A stretch of 59,007 nt of DNA, filler included, from Rhizaria sp. SCN 62-66 (lineage: Eukaryota), in the NCBI GenBank assembly GCA_001724265.1. It is 5 parts of 5 records of this genome, joined end to end, with 100 filler letters (N's around TTAATTAATTAA, not from the genome) between each part and the next. Parts side by side here need not be neighbours in the genome. Positions count along the whole stretch, not along the records: positions 12,426 to 24,079 come from MEDY01000554.1; positions 24,180 to 34,498 come from MEDY01000557.1; 3 more parts are not named here. The stretch is one strand, 5' to 3'. The notes under the pieces are model-generated. The model had not been told where the DNA came from. It saw only the letters and a program-made list of their open reading frames with translations, and did not search any database. Below, one piece after another: positions 13,594-26,207 of the stretch. Position 1 is the stretch's first letter, and each line of letters begins with the position of its first letter. The position numbers and the translations under genes were made by a program.

Positions 13594-16500
13594 TTACCAC
13601 TGGTCCTGCTCGGCCCTGCGCGCGCGACGCACCTCCGCAACCTTAGCTTTCTTGACGGCGGCGTAGTCAACCGCGCCGGGCGGCAGATCCGCGCGCGCAG
13701 GTAGCACCGCAAGCGCGGGCGCGGCGCGGGCGAGCCTCATCTCGGGGCCCTGAACCCACCGCCATTGCACCATGGGGGCGGTCGCGCCGCCGGGGAGAGC
13801 GGGAAACTGGAGGAACTCGCAGGTCTTGAGTCCCGTGAGTCCGTCGGTGCCGCCAACAACGATGACGCGGTCACCGTGGCCGGCTAAGCCGGAAGCAGGC
13901 ACGAAAGCAGCGGACGCCTAAGAAAGAGGGAACCAAGAGTTGTTTAAGTTTACACGGAAGACAATAGGTGAGCTATCTGCATTAAAACCGTTCGAATATA
14001 TACATTAGTGTCAAGTTAACAAAAGATCGTTGTTTTAGTTCGTTGTTTCGATCTCAACATACCTGGTAGCGGGGACGGCCGAGCTCGGGACCGCGGACCC
14101 ACGTGTCCCTGAGCACATCGTACACTTCGACAGAGCGGTGATACTTCTGCCCGTCATAACCGCCGATGACGACGATGTACCCGTTGCACATAGCGGCAGC
14201 GTGACCCTCGCGCGCGTCGAGCAATGGCGCGATCTGGCTCCACGTGTCGGTCGCCGGGGTATAGACTTCGCAGTTGCGGAGGCGCTGGAACCCATCATAG
14301 CCGCCCATCACAAACACGCGGCCGTCTCCGGCAACAACGGCGGCGTGCCCGTCGCGCGCCTGCGTCATATTCGCCACACTAAACCATGCATTGACGCGCG
14401 GGCAGTAGGTCTCAGCAGCGGCGAGACGCGCGACACCGTCAAAACCACCACACACAAGCAGCTTTTCGTCGCCGGTGACGACTGCGGTGTGCCAGCGGCG
14501 CGGAGTGTGCATGCTGGGCAGCGGCACCCACGAGTGCGAGTGCAGATCAAGCGCCTCGACGGTCGAAAGCACCGTCGCGCCCTCACTGGGTCCGTCCTCG
14601 GCAGAATTCGCAGGTGCATTGGCGGTGGCGCCGTTCAGAGTGCTCGAAAGCGACATGGACAGGGACTGCGCAAACAGCCCAGAGGACGCCGCAAATGAGC
14701 CGGACTGACTGAACGAGCCCGGCGCGTCGGCGTTGTTGTAGTTCGCAGCGGCGCGGGGGCCAGACGCGCTGGTCAGCGCGCGGCGGCCTGCGACCGCAGC
14801 AGGAGACGCGGCCGTCAAAGCAATCGTGTTGCCGAACGCGGTGACGTTGCCGTTGGTGTTGTTGCTATAGCCACCAGGGTTCGCAGAGGCAATGCGGAGC
14901 TGGTCGTTGAACCCGCCCGTGATGATCACGCGGTCCTTGAGCAGAGCCGCCGCCGCGAACGCGCGCTTCTGCAGCAGCGGCGGCGACGCAGCCCAGGCTC
15001 CAAGCCCAGCAGCCGCTGTGAAATCAAGCGCCTCGGCAGAGGACAGATACCCGGCGCCGCTGCCGCGGTCGCAGCCGCCCACGACGACGACCTTGGCGGG
15101 GCGCGCGGGGGCAGTAGCGACTGTGAGCGGCAGGGAAAGCTGGCCCGCACCCCAGCCACCGACGGCCCTTAGAAAGACCAAGTACTGCTGCGCGGGCTGG
15201 AGGGCCGTAAGGGTGAACTGCGTGCCACGGAGGCAGCGCGCAACGCCTTCGTCGGCCGCTGGCGGGACGGTTCCGATGAAAGGCGCGACGCGAGAGGGCG
15301 GGGTCGGGCGGAGGCGGACCACGACGGCCGCGCCCGCGCTGCCACCGGCACCGGCGCCGGGGCCGCCGCTGCCGCCGTTGCCGCCGCCGTTGCTTTTGCT
15401 GTTGGTGATGTGGTGGCTGGGGTCGAGCTGCGACAGCGGCGGCGCGGCGCCGGTGCCCGCGAGCGCGGGCGCGCGGTGCGCAGTGGCCGTGGCCGCGACA
15501 GGGGCGTCTGCGGGGAGCGAGGTGGCGATGGGCAGCAGAGGCGCGATGTACCCGGGACCCTTAGCTGCAATAGACTTGTGGAACGCGGAGCCTTCACGGC
15601 ACCAGATGAGCTCGTACATTACTGGCAGTGCCGGCAGCGGCCACGAGTCGCAGTCTGTGACGCCCTCATAGCGCGACGGCGCCAGTGACTGAGCGCGCGA
15701 GACCAATACTGAGGACTGCGCCGCGGCTTCAGAGCGCACCGCCTCGGCGAGAGCGCTGGCGGCGAGGCCCACGGTTGACCCGCAGTTGCCGCCGCCGTGG
15801 CCGCCCGCGCCGCTACTGTTACCGCTCGTTGTGGTGGTGGAGTAGAGCTCGGCGGCCGGAGACGGGATGTCGCTGCGACCACACTGCACGGCGGTAACCC
15901 ATGACACGGACGTGACGGTACCCGTGGCCTCGGCCGCTGTGAACGCGCGGCCCGCGGGGGCGGAGGCGGCAGCGCAGGCGGCACTGGCCGGAGACAGCGA
16001 GTGCGGGGGCGGCAGCAGGCGGGAGGCGGACAGCACGCTCACACCGCTGACGCCGCTATTATTATCAGCAGCCGCAGCAGCAGCGTTGCCGTTGCCGCTG
16101 GCGGGACTCGAAGGCGCGTTGCCGCTGCCGCTGACGTGGGTAGTGCCGGAGCTACCCAACTTGTTGTTGCTGCGGCGGGACGCCGTGGTGGTCCGGGGCC
16201 GCGCCGCAAAGCCTGTGCCGACGGGCGGGTGAGAGTGCGGCACCGCGGCGACGTCGCCGGGATACTGCTGCGCCGCCGCGGCGACAGCGAACGAGGGGGC
16301 GGCGCCGGGGGTCACGGAAAATACGAAGGGAGCGGCAGAGCTCACCATGAGCGTCGCGGCGCCCGCCGAGGCGGCGGCGACGGCGCCTGTCGCAGCGTCG
16401 CCGGTGACGGCCGAGAGAAGACCCGTCGATGAGAACAAAGAGGTAGTATCGATGGCTGCAATCCCATTGGCCGACGCAGTAGCGGAGGCCGCGTCGCCAA

Positions 16501-17789
16501 CAAGACTCTCCTCAGCGCTGGCGTTGACTTCGCCGTTGGCGCTTGCACTGGCGAGGTGCGCAGTGGCGGCCGCGTCGGTCAGCGCGTTCGCAAGCGCCAG
16601 GGCGGAGAGATTGCTGTTTGCGAACACGGGGTCCACGGGCAACGCGAGCGCAGACACGGCACCCGCCGCCACAGTATGGAAAAGACTGGCCCTCTCCGCA
16701 CCGGCGACGTGGGGGAAAAGCGCGCCGGGGGCCGCGGCGGGGCGCAGCGCGTCCAGCGACAACGCGGCGGCCGACAGGGAGGCCAGCGCAGCAAGCGTAC
16801 CGGGCGGCTGGGTTACGCCGGGCACAGTCAACGGCTCCCACGCGACGCGGGCGGTGTCGCTGGTGACGGCCGACAGATGGGGCAAGAAGGCCGGGGCGGC
16901 GGGGTGCGCGATCAACCCGAACGCGTCGATCTGGGCAATCAAGTCGGTCGCGTCGAGGCTGGCGTAGACCGTGGCGGGCACGCACGGAGTGGACAAAGTG
17001 TTGACGGCCAGCTCGGCTCTCGCGCGGGCGGCAGCGAGCGCAGACTGGAGAGCGTCTGCCGTGGAAAGAAGCAATGCATCACTCTCGTTGGGGATCAGGG
17101 GCTTTCCAAGCGCGGCGGCAGCGACGGCGGCTTCGGAGCGTGCGGCGAGGCCGGCATGAGACGTGGGGGAGTTGGAGCCGCCGTTACTGCTGTCCCCCGT
17201 GGTGTCGCTAGTGGAGTTGCTGCTGTTGCTGCTGTCGTGCAATGGAAGGGCAGTGCGGGCGCGCGCGTCGTCGGCGACCTTGACGGCGTCCTGCCAGATG
17301 CGCGTAAGCTCGTCGGACTGCACCTGCAGCGCACGGAGCTTGGCGATCTCTTCCTCGTCAATCTGCTTAATAAGACTCGACTTGCGGAGTGTGAGAGCGG
17401 CGATGGCGCGGTCGATTGTGGCCGTCGTTTCACTCCGCGCAGACTGTGCAGAGGACTGGACGGACTGCATGGAGGAGATGACGGACTCGGCGCACTCGGA
17501 GAGCGAGGCTTCGAGGCGGGAGAGCTCGGTGAGCTGGAGAGAGACGCGGTGACGGACTTCGCGTGCCAGCGAACGCACCTCCATCTCGTGCAGGAACTCG
17601 GACTCTGCGCCATCTACGCAAAGAGTGAAACACAATTGAAACAGAATGAGTAATGAGATCGGCATGTCGCGTTTGATACAATTCAGGTTTCACTGCGATT
17701 GGGGTTCGCGTGTCGCGTTGTCGTTATCAGGACGTACACTTGAAGTTGATGTTCTTCAGGGACGAGGTGATGGTGCTGATCGAGGTCAT
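13594..17789 (-). CDS. Coiled-coil + interrupted FN3 + Kelch-repeat protein, about 1300 aa; exons 17789-17738, 17613-14063, 13917-13594
   Basis: Kelch repeats (VxGGxDG...ExYxP...W...PM...R). FN3 strands RVAWEP / MYELIW / FTLTALQPAQQYLVFLRA. Two GT-AG introns (GTACGT..GTAG and GTATGT..TTAG) keep the frame. Ends at TAA. Confidence 0.85.
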
Positions 17790-18482
17790 CTTGGCGATGA
17801 GAACTCAGCCACAGGCAGGCTGGCAACTAGGGGTAGCGGGAGAGCGCAAGCAAAACCAAACAGTCAGTGCTAGGAAGAAACTGCGACTGTCTGGGTGTCT
17901 AAGATGCGAGGAGCAGAGTGAGACAAGTGGTGGTGGCCAGGGTGAGCGGGAAGGCTGCGTAGAACGTCCAGGTCGGCATGGCGATTCAAGAGTCCAATTA
18001 ACACTAAGCAGGGTTTCAATAGAATAAAAGTATAGATCTTTCTTTGAATCCTACACAAACTAAACAAGATAGGCTGGAAACGGTTCCATGAAGCTGTGGA
18101 TGCGTTTGAAGACACTAGACCTTGTTCGCAGGGAAACGGACGGTCATGCAACCCACCAGTCAACTTGCTCACAGTCACTTGAATAATGACATCAATTGCC
18201 AGCATATCTCACCAGGACAGACATCAACATCGCTCAAAGTGCAACCTGGCACTATTGAAACGATGGTATATACTATTTATTAGATTGTCAGCGCATACAT
18301 GCGTCGTTAGAGATATGAATATGAATACCAAAATGTATTACGAATAGTCGGGGATCAGAGGGTATCAAGAGTCAATGTGATAGGGTCAATGAAAAAAGCT
18401 GTTAAGCTTCCAGATGTTATTATTTTCTGTGCAGACATTCCAACAAACAACACGCCATCACGCATTATGTTGTAGATGTCAT

Positions 18483-20537
18483 TTAGACGGAGATATGCAC
18501 ACTCTGCTGCACACGAGCCGCAGTTTTGCGGCTCTTGCCAACAGGACCCATGTCGCTCTCGCTCTCGTTGGCGTCGCCGCCCACGATGCCGCCCATCATG
18601 TTCTCATCGTCGTTGTCACCCAGCACGTGGAGATACGCCGAGCGCGCCTGAGGCCGGCCGATATAGCTCGCCACCGCAAAGATCGTGAGCGAAACAGCGC
18701 CGTCGGCACCGAGACGCGCTGCGACGGCGGCGCCGCGGTTGGCCATCACTTGCTCCACGAACGCCAGTGTCACCGTGCCAAGCACGATGGGCGTGAAGAG
18801 CTTCGCGTATGATTTGAGACGCGCCATGTTCATGTCGCCGTTGTTCTTGGTTGTGGCGGCAGCGTCGGATGAACCCACAGTGTCGTCGCTGTTAATGGTA
18901 CCGCCGGCATTGGCTCCGTTGAGCGCGTTGTCGCGGTCCATACCGCTGGCGGTAAGCTTGAACGACAGGAGCAGCGCGGCCGCAGACAGAAGCGCGACCA
19001 GGATGTATCCTGTCTTCCACACAATTGGGGAGACGACGGCGTCGCTGATAGACAGCAAGATGCGGCCGCCAACAGCCATGAAGACAGAGATGAACAGCAG
19101 TGTGTTGGTCTCGAACGACGTGTCGGAAAAGAGCGGGCTGATGGCATTAAAGCCGAGGAAGCCCGCCACGACCATGATGGCGACGGAGACGTAGTGCAGA
19201 GTGCCGGCGACGGCGATGAACACGATGTCGTCACTGAAGCGGCGCTGCAGCACGTATCCGAGAGTGAGGAAGAGCAGGGAAGCGGCCTTGATGCCGATAG
19301 CGGCGGCAAGCACCGTGTGGAAACGCGTCGCATGCTGGACGTTGGTGCAGATAAGCGCGAGGAAAACAATCAGGATCACGGTGCAGAGGCCGAAGAGCGC
19401 GGAGGAGAGGCCGATGAGGGCGTTGATATCCTCGCTGATGGCGTCACTAGCGGGGATCGGGAGCTCGGTCTCCGGGGGAGTAGTGCCGTCGGTACCAGTG
19501 CCGTGCTGACCCTCGCCATTAAGGTCACCGTCCTTGACGGAGGTCGCGTCATCGTCGTCATCGTCGTCGTCGTCGTCGTCGCCCTTGGAGTCCTTGTCAC
19601 CGGCGGCGGCGGGGTCAGTCGTCGTCGGGGTCTCACTGTCAGTCTTGGTCGCGTCCTTATCATCCTTAGGAGTGTCCGTGATGGGGGTGGTTGTAGTGGT
19701 GGCAGCGTCGTCGTCGCCGTCGTCGTCATCGTCGTCGTCAGTGCCGGCCTTAGCGTCCTTGGCTTTCTGGGCCTCAGCCTCCTCCTTTGCCTTCTTCTCG
19801 GCAGCCTCCTTGGCCTTCTTGTCAGCCTCCTCCTTCGCCTTCTTCTCAGCGTCAGCGGCAGCGGCGTCGGTCTTCGAGGCGTCGCCCACAGGCGCCGCGG
19901 GCTCGGCCGGCGTGACCGGCGGTGTGACGGGCGGAGTGACCGGCGCGGGGCCGGTCTGTGGGTTGGGAGGGTTGGAGACGTAGTAGCCCTTCTCCATGCG
20001 GCTCGACAGAGTGAGCGATACGCCAGAGTCGGGTTCACAGTTGGACAGATAGACGTAGAACGTGCCGCGGCCGAATGTGCGGGCAAAGGACGAGACGCCC
20101 CACCGCGTCTGCGATGCGAGTGTAATGCGCTGCACGAGGGTGTTGTCGCGGGTGAGCTCGTGGTTGCAGTCCTCGGTCTAGGTAATGAGCGCAGACTTGA
20201 TCAGGATAGCGAGGCGGAAACGGTACTGCTCCTCGATATCGGGGGTGTACATGTCCATGGCGACGTTGGAGACGTTGAACTCCATGCTGCCGCCGCCGGG
20301 GGGAAAGCGGAATGTCTTGAGTAGCACTGCCGAGCCTTCAATGTCAGTGAAGGGGAAGGACCGCAACGGGGATTTGGAGACCGCGGCCACGATGTCGGGG
20401 TCCACGGGCCCCGCAGCGGCGAGGGACAGCGAGGAGCTGGCTGCCAGCGCAAGGAGCACGCAGAGGGAGTACGTGAGGGCGAGGACGACCGACGACAAGA
20501 CCTGCCACAGGGAGCGGGAGCGGGTTGGTAAGGCCAT
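18483..20537 (-). CDS. GPR107/GPR108/TMEM87-like (GOLD-domain seven-transmembrane) protein; in-frame TAG at 20180-20178
   Basis: Signal peptide, luminal region (FRFPPGGGSMEFNV...FYVYLSNC), charged insert, then about 7 hydrophobic helices including HTVLAAAIGIKAASLLF. The two ORFs share a frame and are split only by TAG. Ends at TAA. Confidence 0.7.
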
Positions 20538-21483
20538 TCTGCGGACCTAGAAACGCAGTGTAGTCGGATGAAATAATGTCAAAGTGAAAAAAAGATATAT
20601 ACAAGTGAGTTTCTGTGGCTGAGCATGACATATGTTTCGCTGTAATGAGGATCGCGAGCGCAGATGAAAAAGGAGATAAGTCTGACAAAAGGTATTGTTG
20701 TTTGAAGCTGCGTAGTTTGTTTAGAGCAACCGTTCGCAAGGAAAGACTCATTCTCGGCAAACAAATTAAAAGGGTGTAAAGTATCATGCCGTGACTGTAG
20801 AGATACGAAATCTACGCAACAAGAAGATCATAACTCGGCGCATACAGTCGCACAAAAAAGACGGAGCGGCGTTGGGGGGGTGCATGCTGAGCCACGACTT
20901 GCCACCCTAAATGAAACTTCATATCCGCACTTCTGCGAATAATGCCTCAAAAAATTACGTTGAATACACAGTTTGCAACCAAGAAACGTTGCTCTTGATT
21001 TCAATGATCGTAAAATCCACCCACAATAGCATTTCTTTCTAGGACACTCATTGCTTCAAACAAGCTTGCACACTAACGTTTGCATTTGCCACCATTTTTA
21101 CGAACCCTCACCTCGGATCAGCTCCGCGACCAAGGACGGAGAGGCCGGCGGTTAGACAAGACAACGGTGAAGGGTCTGCTGCCGATGTGCATTGCAAAAT
21201 GTAGGCGCGTGCAATAGTTGTGCAGTTTAAGTATGAGATGAATTAGCTCACATTCTCTTTTGTTGCGTATTACTTAGCCCTTTCTTTGCTTGTTTTCACC
21301 CAGTTATTGCAGGCCGCGCGACTCTCCCAAACCGATCGCTGTTCACCTGCTCGCTGCACGAGTTGCAGTCCGTTCGCCACCTCTCCCACCAATCCTTGGT
21401 GTGATTCGGTCTTTTTCTTCATCAGTTTGATTTCCGCCGCGCGTTTTACTCCATCCGGCCTGCGCCCGCGCTTTCCCTCGGCC

Positions 21484-24079
21484 ATGTTCAGCACGCGCGA
21501 GGACGGCTCAATGATGCCGTCTCGCTCCGGCGCCGTTTTGTTCTTCCTGTGCACGTTCTTGCTCGTCACCGTCGCCACAATTTTCATCCACTCGGGCCGC
21601 GTCGACGACGCCGTGTTCCGCGTTCTCCTCACCGCAGACAATATCGACGCTAATCTTCGCGAGTCACTGACCGCGGCGGAGTTTGCCCGGTTAAAACGTG
21701 CTGAGGCTGCGAGTTCCTCTTTCGCTGAGGTCAGCGACGACGACGTCGACGCGGAGTCCTCTGGCTCGGGCACCGAGGCCAACGCTGACGCTAGCTCCAC
21801 GGGCGCCGGGGCCGGCAATGGCACTGGCAAGGTCAAAGGTAAAGGCAAGGGCAAGGGCAAGGGCAAGGGCAAGGACAAGGACAAGGACAAGGACAAGGAC
21901 AAGGACAAGGACAAGGGCAAGGGCAATGGCAAGGGTAAGGGCAAGGGTAAAGGGAATGGTAAGAGCAAGGATGACAAAACCTCCGGCTCTGGCTCTAACC
22001 CTTCCTCTGGCTCTAGCTCCAGCTCTGGCTCCAACCCTTCCTCTGGCTCTAGCACCAGCTCTAGCTCTAGCCCTGGTTCTGGCTCTAGTAGTGGTGGCGT
22101 TCAGCAGCAGCCGCCGTCTCGGCCCGCGCCGATCGTCCTGCGTGGCCGCCACGTCTTCCTCACTTCAAACGCCACCAACGTCGAGTACACCTCTTTACCG
22201 CACGCGCTATGCCCGTCCTGCTTTACCCCCAGCGCCTTCGCGGCCGCCAACGAGCCCCAGTGCACGCTGCCGCCGCCTCGCTTTCCTACTGAGCTGGGCG
22301 TCGGCGCCGGTGTCCACCCTCTGCTATGGCACTCGCACACCGGCGTGTACCGCGCCCCCACGGCCTGGGCCGGTTCCGCCTTGGTCCGTCATGAGAGCGC
22401 GCGCGTCGGCCGCGCCATCTGTCGCCACTGCCTTGGCTCCGTGCCCTGCCGTGGCCCCGCGGGCGCGCCCCCGCACCCGTCGCTTGACGCTGGCACCGCG
22501 CGCTTTGAGGCCGATTTCATTCCGCGTCTCGACGACGCAGGTCGGCAGGTCAACGGCTGGGCGTCGGTGTCCGGCACGCACTACCTCGTCAACCGCTGTG
22601 TCGAGCCCATCGACGCCGTGTACACGTGGATCAACGGCTCCGACCCCGGGGTTATCGCCGCGCGTACCGATGCCCGCGAGTCCCTGGCGGCTTATGTTTC
22701 GCCCGTGCCCGGCTTTCCGCCTGCGGCGCCCGACCAGAACTCGCTGGGCAACAACCGTTTCCGCGATTCCGGCGAGCTGCGGTACTCGATGCGCTCTCTG
22801 CTCAAGAACGCGCCGTGGATTCGCCGTATTTACCTCGTCACTTCTGGTGAGGCCCCGGTCTGGCTCAATACCAGCCACCCAAGCGTCGCCGTCGTGCCCC
22901 ATAAGGACGTCTTCGCAGAGCCCAATCGGAACGCGCCGTCGTTCTCGTCGAACGCGATCGAGTCAGCGCTGCACCGCATTCCAGGCCTCTCTGACACGTT
23001 TGTGTACGTCAACGATGACGTGTTCTTTGCTAAGCAGATTAGCCAGGGCGCGTTTTGGTCGCCTGCGACGGGGCTTTTTCTCGAGCGCGCTGCTTGGAAG
23101 CTGCAGAGCTGCAATTCGGGTTGTGACACACAGTTTCTCGGCGACGGCGTCTGCCATCCGGCCTGCATGACCGAGGCGTGCCAGTGGGATCTGGGCGACT
23201 GCGAGCGCAACTACCTCCGCGCGCCCGCTCCTTGGGAAGTTTACGACATGCTTTTGGCCGGACTTCACCTATTTAACGCTGACGACCGCCGAAGCGCCAG
23301 CTCGCCGCATGCCGATCGCCCCCGTGACTGAGGCCGAGGTTCTGTGGTCAACGATCCCCGCTTCAACCACCGACGCCGCGCCTCAACAGACCGCGCCCGG
23401 TGTCAACATCGGCCGATCCTCCTCTTCCGCCAATGGGGCCACGGCTGCGGTGCCCGCCGGCTCCGTCCACGGAAGTTACGCGCCGTTTTACTCCGCGGCC
23501 GCGTTTAAAGCCGGCTGTTACGACCCCCTCGTTGCCGCGGCCAAGGCGGCCGAGGCCGAGATCGCCAAGACGAAGGCGCTTGTCGCCGCGCTAGAGCAGG
23601 ACGTTCCACCTACTGCCGACTCCATCAACACCGACACGAATCCTACTAACGCTGATTCTGCCGACGGCACGACCGGGACCGCGACTGCTACTGACGTCCC
23701 TGTCGGCGACTCTACAGCTACTCTCGATGGTGCTGCTGCCGCTAGTGCAATTGGCATTGATATCGGTGGTGGTGACGCAGCGCCGACGACGAGCGACACT
23801 GCCAGCCTAACCAGTGAACAGATTGCTGAGTTGTACCCTCCTCTGTCCCCGGACGCGCCTCCCGAGCGCACGCGCTCGCGCGCACACCCGCTGCTGCGCC
23901 GCCTCGCCCACTCCGGCACATTCGCCTTCGCCCGCGGGAATCTTTGGAGCAACAACACTTACGAAGCAGGCATCCCCGCTCCCGAGACTGATTTGCTATC
24001 AGAGCCCGATTACTGCGCTCCGGGCTGCCCCGCCGCGTGGACCGGCGACGGCGTCTGTGACAGCGCCTGCGACGTCGAG
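21484..24079 (+). CDS. Stealth-family GlcNAc-1-phosphotransferase (GNPTAB-like) with LNR/Notch repeats; apparent +1 frameshift near 23251-23255; 3'-truncated by gap
   Basis: N-terminal TM anchor. Stealth CR1 IDAVYTWINGSDP. CR2 RFRDSGELRYSMRS...APWIRRIYLVT...FSSNAIE...IPGLS...YVNDDVFF. LNR repeats CNSGC...GDGVCHPAC...WDLGDC and, in the next frame, CAPGC...WTGDGVCDSAC. Confidence 0.88.
21826..22092 (+). repeat. Coding tandem repeats: (GGCAAG/GACAAG)n encoding GK/DK, followed by TCTGGC/TCTAGC Ser-Gly repeats
   Basis: Directly visible hexamer arrays in the stem region of the Stealth protein. Confidence 0.9.
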
Positions 24080-24179
24080 NNNNNNNNNNNNNNNNNNNNN
24101 NNNNNNNNNNNNNNNNNNNNNNNTTAATTAATTAANNNNNNNNNNNNNNNNNNNNNNNNNNNNNNNNNNNNNNNNNNNN
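24080..24179. other. Artificial contig spacer (TTAATTAATTAA at 24124-24135)
   Basis: Same linker as the other gaps. Confidence 0.95.
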
Positions 24180-24181
24180 TC

Positions 24182-24277
24182 AAGCGCCAGCCCGCCCAGC
24201 CCCAGGTCGCCCGCTTCATCGCCCCCTCCGTGCCCGTCACCACCCTCACCCCCAAGCCCTTCGTCTGGCTCGCCTAA
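24182..24277 (+). CDS. RPL21: 60S ribosomal protein L21 (eL21), C-terminal fragment only
   Basis: Manual translation KRQPAQPQVARFIAPSVPVTTLTPKPFVWLA-TAA matches the eL21 C-terminal pattern LKRQPAxPR...P..L.P.P(Y/F). Strong C-ending codon bias. Absent from the ORF track. Confidence 0.8.
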   Translation, partial: KRQPAQPQVARFIAPSVPVTTLTPKPFVWLA

Positions 24278-24638
24278 GTGATCGATAGTCGCACCATGAC
24301 GTGAACAACGCCAACAATGACGACAGCAGCGAGATATTCTCTCTGTATTGGCGTCGCTGTCGATGCGTTCGTTGTCTGCTCGCAGTACTGAAAGCAGACT
24401 GGCTAGAGCAGCTCCATTCCTCCCTGTCTCTTTGCTTCACTTTTCACCCCAAATGAGCAAATACTAATACATACCCCTTCGAAACAACCCTAATTTCACA
24501 CGATGTTGGCTATATTCCATTGAAAATCTATCTCTTTGTATTCTATAGCCGCTTTTAATCACGCATATCCCCGGCCATCTTGGATCTTGAGCTCAAATTG
24601 TACATACAGTACATGACATGTAACTTCTTTCTCACCAT

Positions 24639-25679
24639 TCACCACGAGGCCTCCTGCCCGTTGACGGTGAACATCCCCTGCAGCCGCTCGGCGACCTCAG
24701 CGAGCGCCTTGCGCGGGACGACCATGACGAGGTGCGACGAGGGCAGCTTGCCGACGCCGGGCCAAGGCACCGCGCGCATGGCGGGGAAGCGACGCGAATA
24801 CACGGCCTTCTGCGCCAGATACTCCTCCTCGAACTTAACAAACCACAGCCGCGCCGTGTCCACGGGCCCCTCGACCGCGGCTGCGGCGGCGCGCGCAGCC
24901 TTCTTCTCCGCCTTCTTGCTCTTTCCGGCGCCGCCGTTGGCGCTGGCGGACGAGGAGGCGAGGCTGCCGTTGTCAGCGACTTCGCAGCAGCGCGCGAGGA
25001 TGACAACCTGGTCGACGTCCCAGTCCGTGCCCGCCTTGGCGCCGCCGGTCTTGGCCTCGCGGCGCGCGTGGTCGAGGTCCTTAGCGAGCTCGGCGTGCAG
25101 CACGGGCACGACCTCGAGCGGCAGATTCAGCATGCGGTCCTGCAGCAGCAGCGCCGTGCGCGGGGAATCCCACACGGCCGTCATGCGCGCGCGCGCGGCG
25201 TCAGAGCCCATGTTCTCGAGGATGAACTCCTTCAGCTGCGCCAGGCAGCGCGCCTTGCGGTGCGCGCCCAGCTGCAGCAGCGTGATGAAGCCAAGGGGGC
25301 CCGACTCGACATCGTCCTCGGCCTTGACCGTGGTGCCCACCGCGGCCTGCCCCGCGATCAGGTCGGCCAGCCCGTTGACGTCGAGCGCGTCGCCCGCGCC
25401 GCCGTCCACGCCGTCGCCGTCAATGTAGCTGCGCAGGAACGCCTTGACGGCGTGGTAGTCGCCCTCGCAGGGGTCGAAGAAGCCGAAGCTGGCCTCGACG
25501 GCGGCGTCGTCGTCCTCCTTGTCCTCGTCGTCCACGGCCTCGGCCGGCACAGGCTTGCCCTGCTTCTTCGCCAGCGCGCGCGCGGCCTGCTTGCGCTTGC
25601 GCTCGGCGGCGCGGTGGCGCGGGGCCGCCTCGGCCGAGAGGTCGATAAGCTCCTCCAGGTCGAGGTTCTCGTCGTCAAT

Positions 25680-25712
<33 letters not shown>

Positions 25713-26207
25713 AGCGCCAATCATGTCGCCGTCCTCGTCCTCATCGGCATCCTCGTCGTCGCCCTCGAGGTCGCCCTCCATGTCGCCCTCGCCCATAGAG
25801 GCAAGGAAGGCGCGGAGCTCGGCCTCGCTCATGCCGTCGACGTCAATGCCCTCATCATCGTCGTCCTCCTCTTCCTCCTCGTCGTCATCAGAGGAGACAG
25901 GGGCGGGAGCCTTCTTGCCGCTGCTGGGCTTGCCAGCAGCGGGCTTCGCAGCGGCCGCCGCGGGCTTGGAGCCAGCGGGCTTGTTGGGCGCGGCAGCGGC
26001 GGGCTTGGCGGCGGGCTTAGCGGCGTGGGGCTTGGGGAGCGAGACGGGGGCGCTCGGCTTGGCGGGCACGGCGCTGCTGGTGCCCTTCTTGGAGACCGGG
26101 GCGACGCGGTTGGGGGCGTCACTGGAGGCAGCAGGACGCTTGCGGGAGGCTGCGTCAGCAGCAGAGGAGCCCGACGAGTGCTTCTTGCTATGAGGAACCT
26201 TGCTCAT
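24639..26207 (-). CDS. BCP1: BCP1/BCCIP family protein (60S biogenesis) with a basic/acidic N-terminal extension
   Basis: Motifs VEASFGFFDP..DYHAVKAFL, LADLIAGQ..VGTTVK, GFITLL and LLLQDRMLNLPLEVVPVL are typical of BCCIP/Bcp1. Ends at TGA. Confidence 0.88.
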
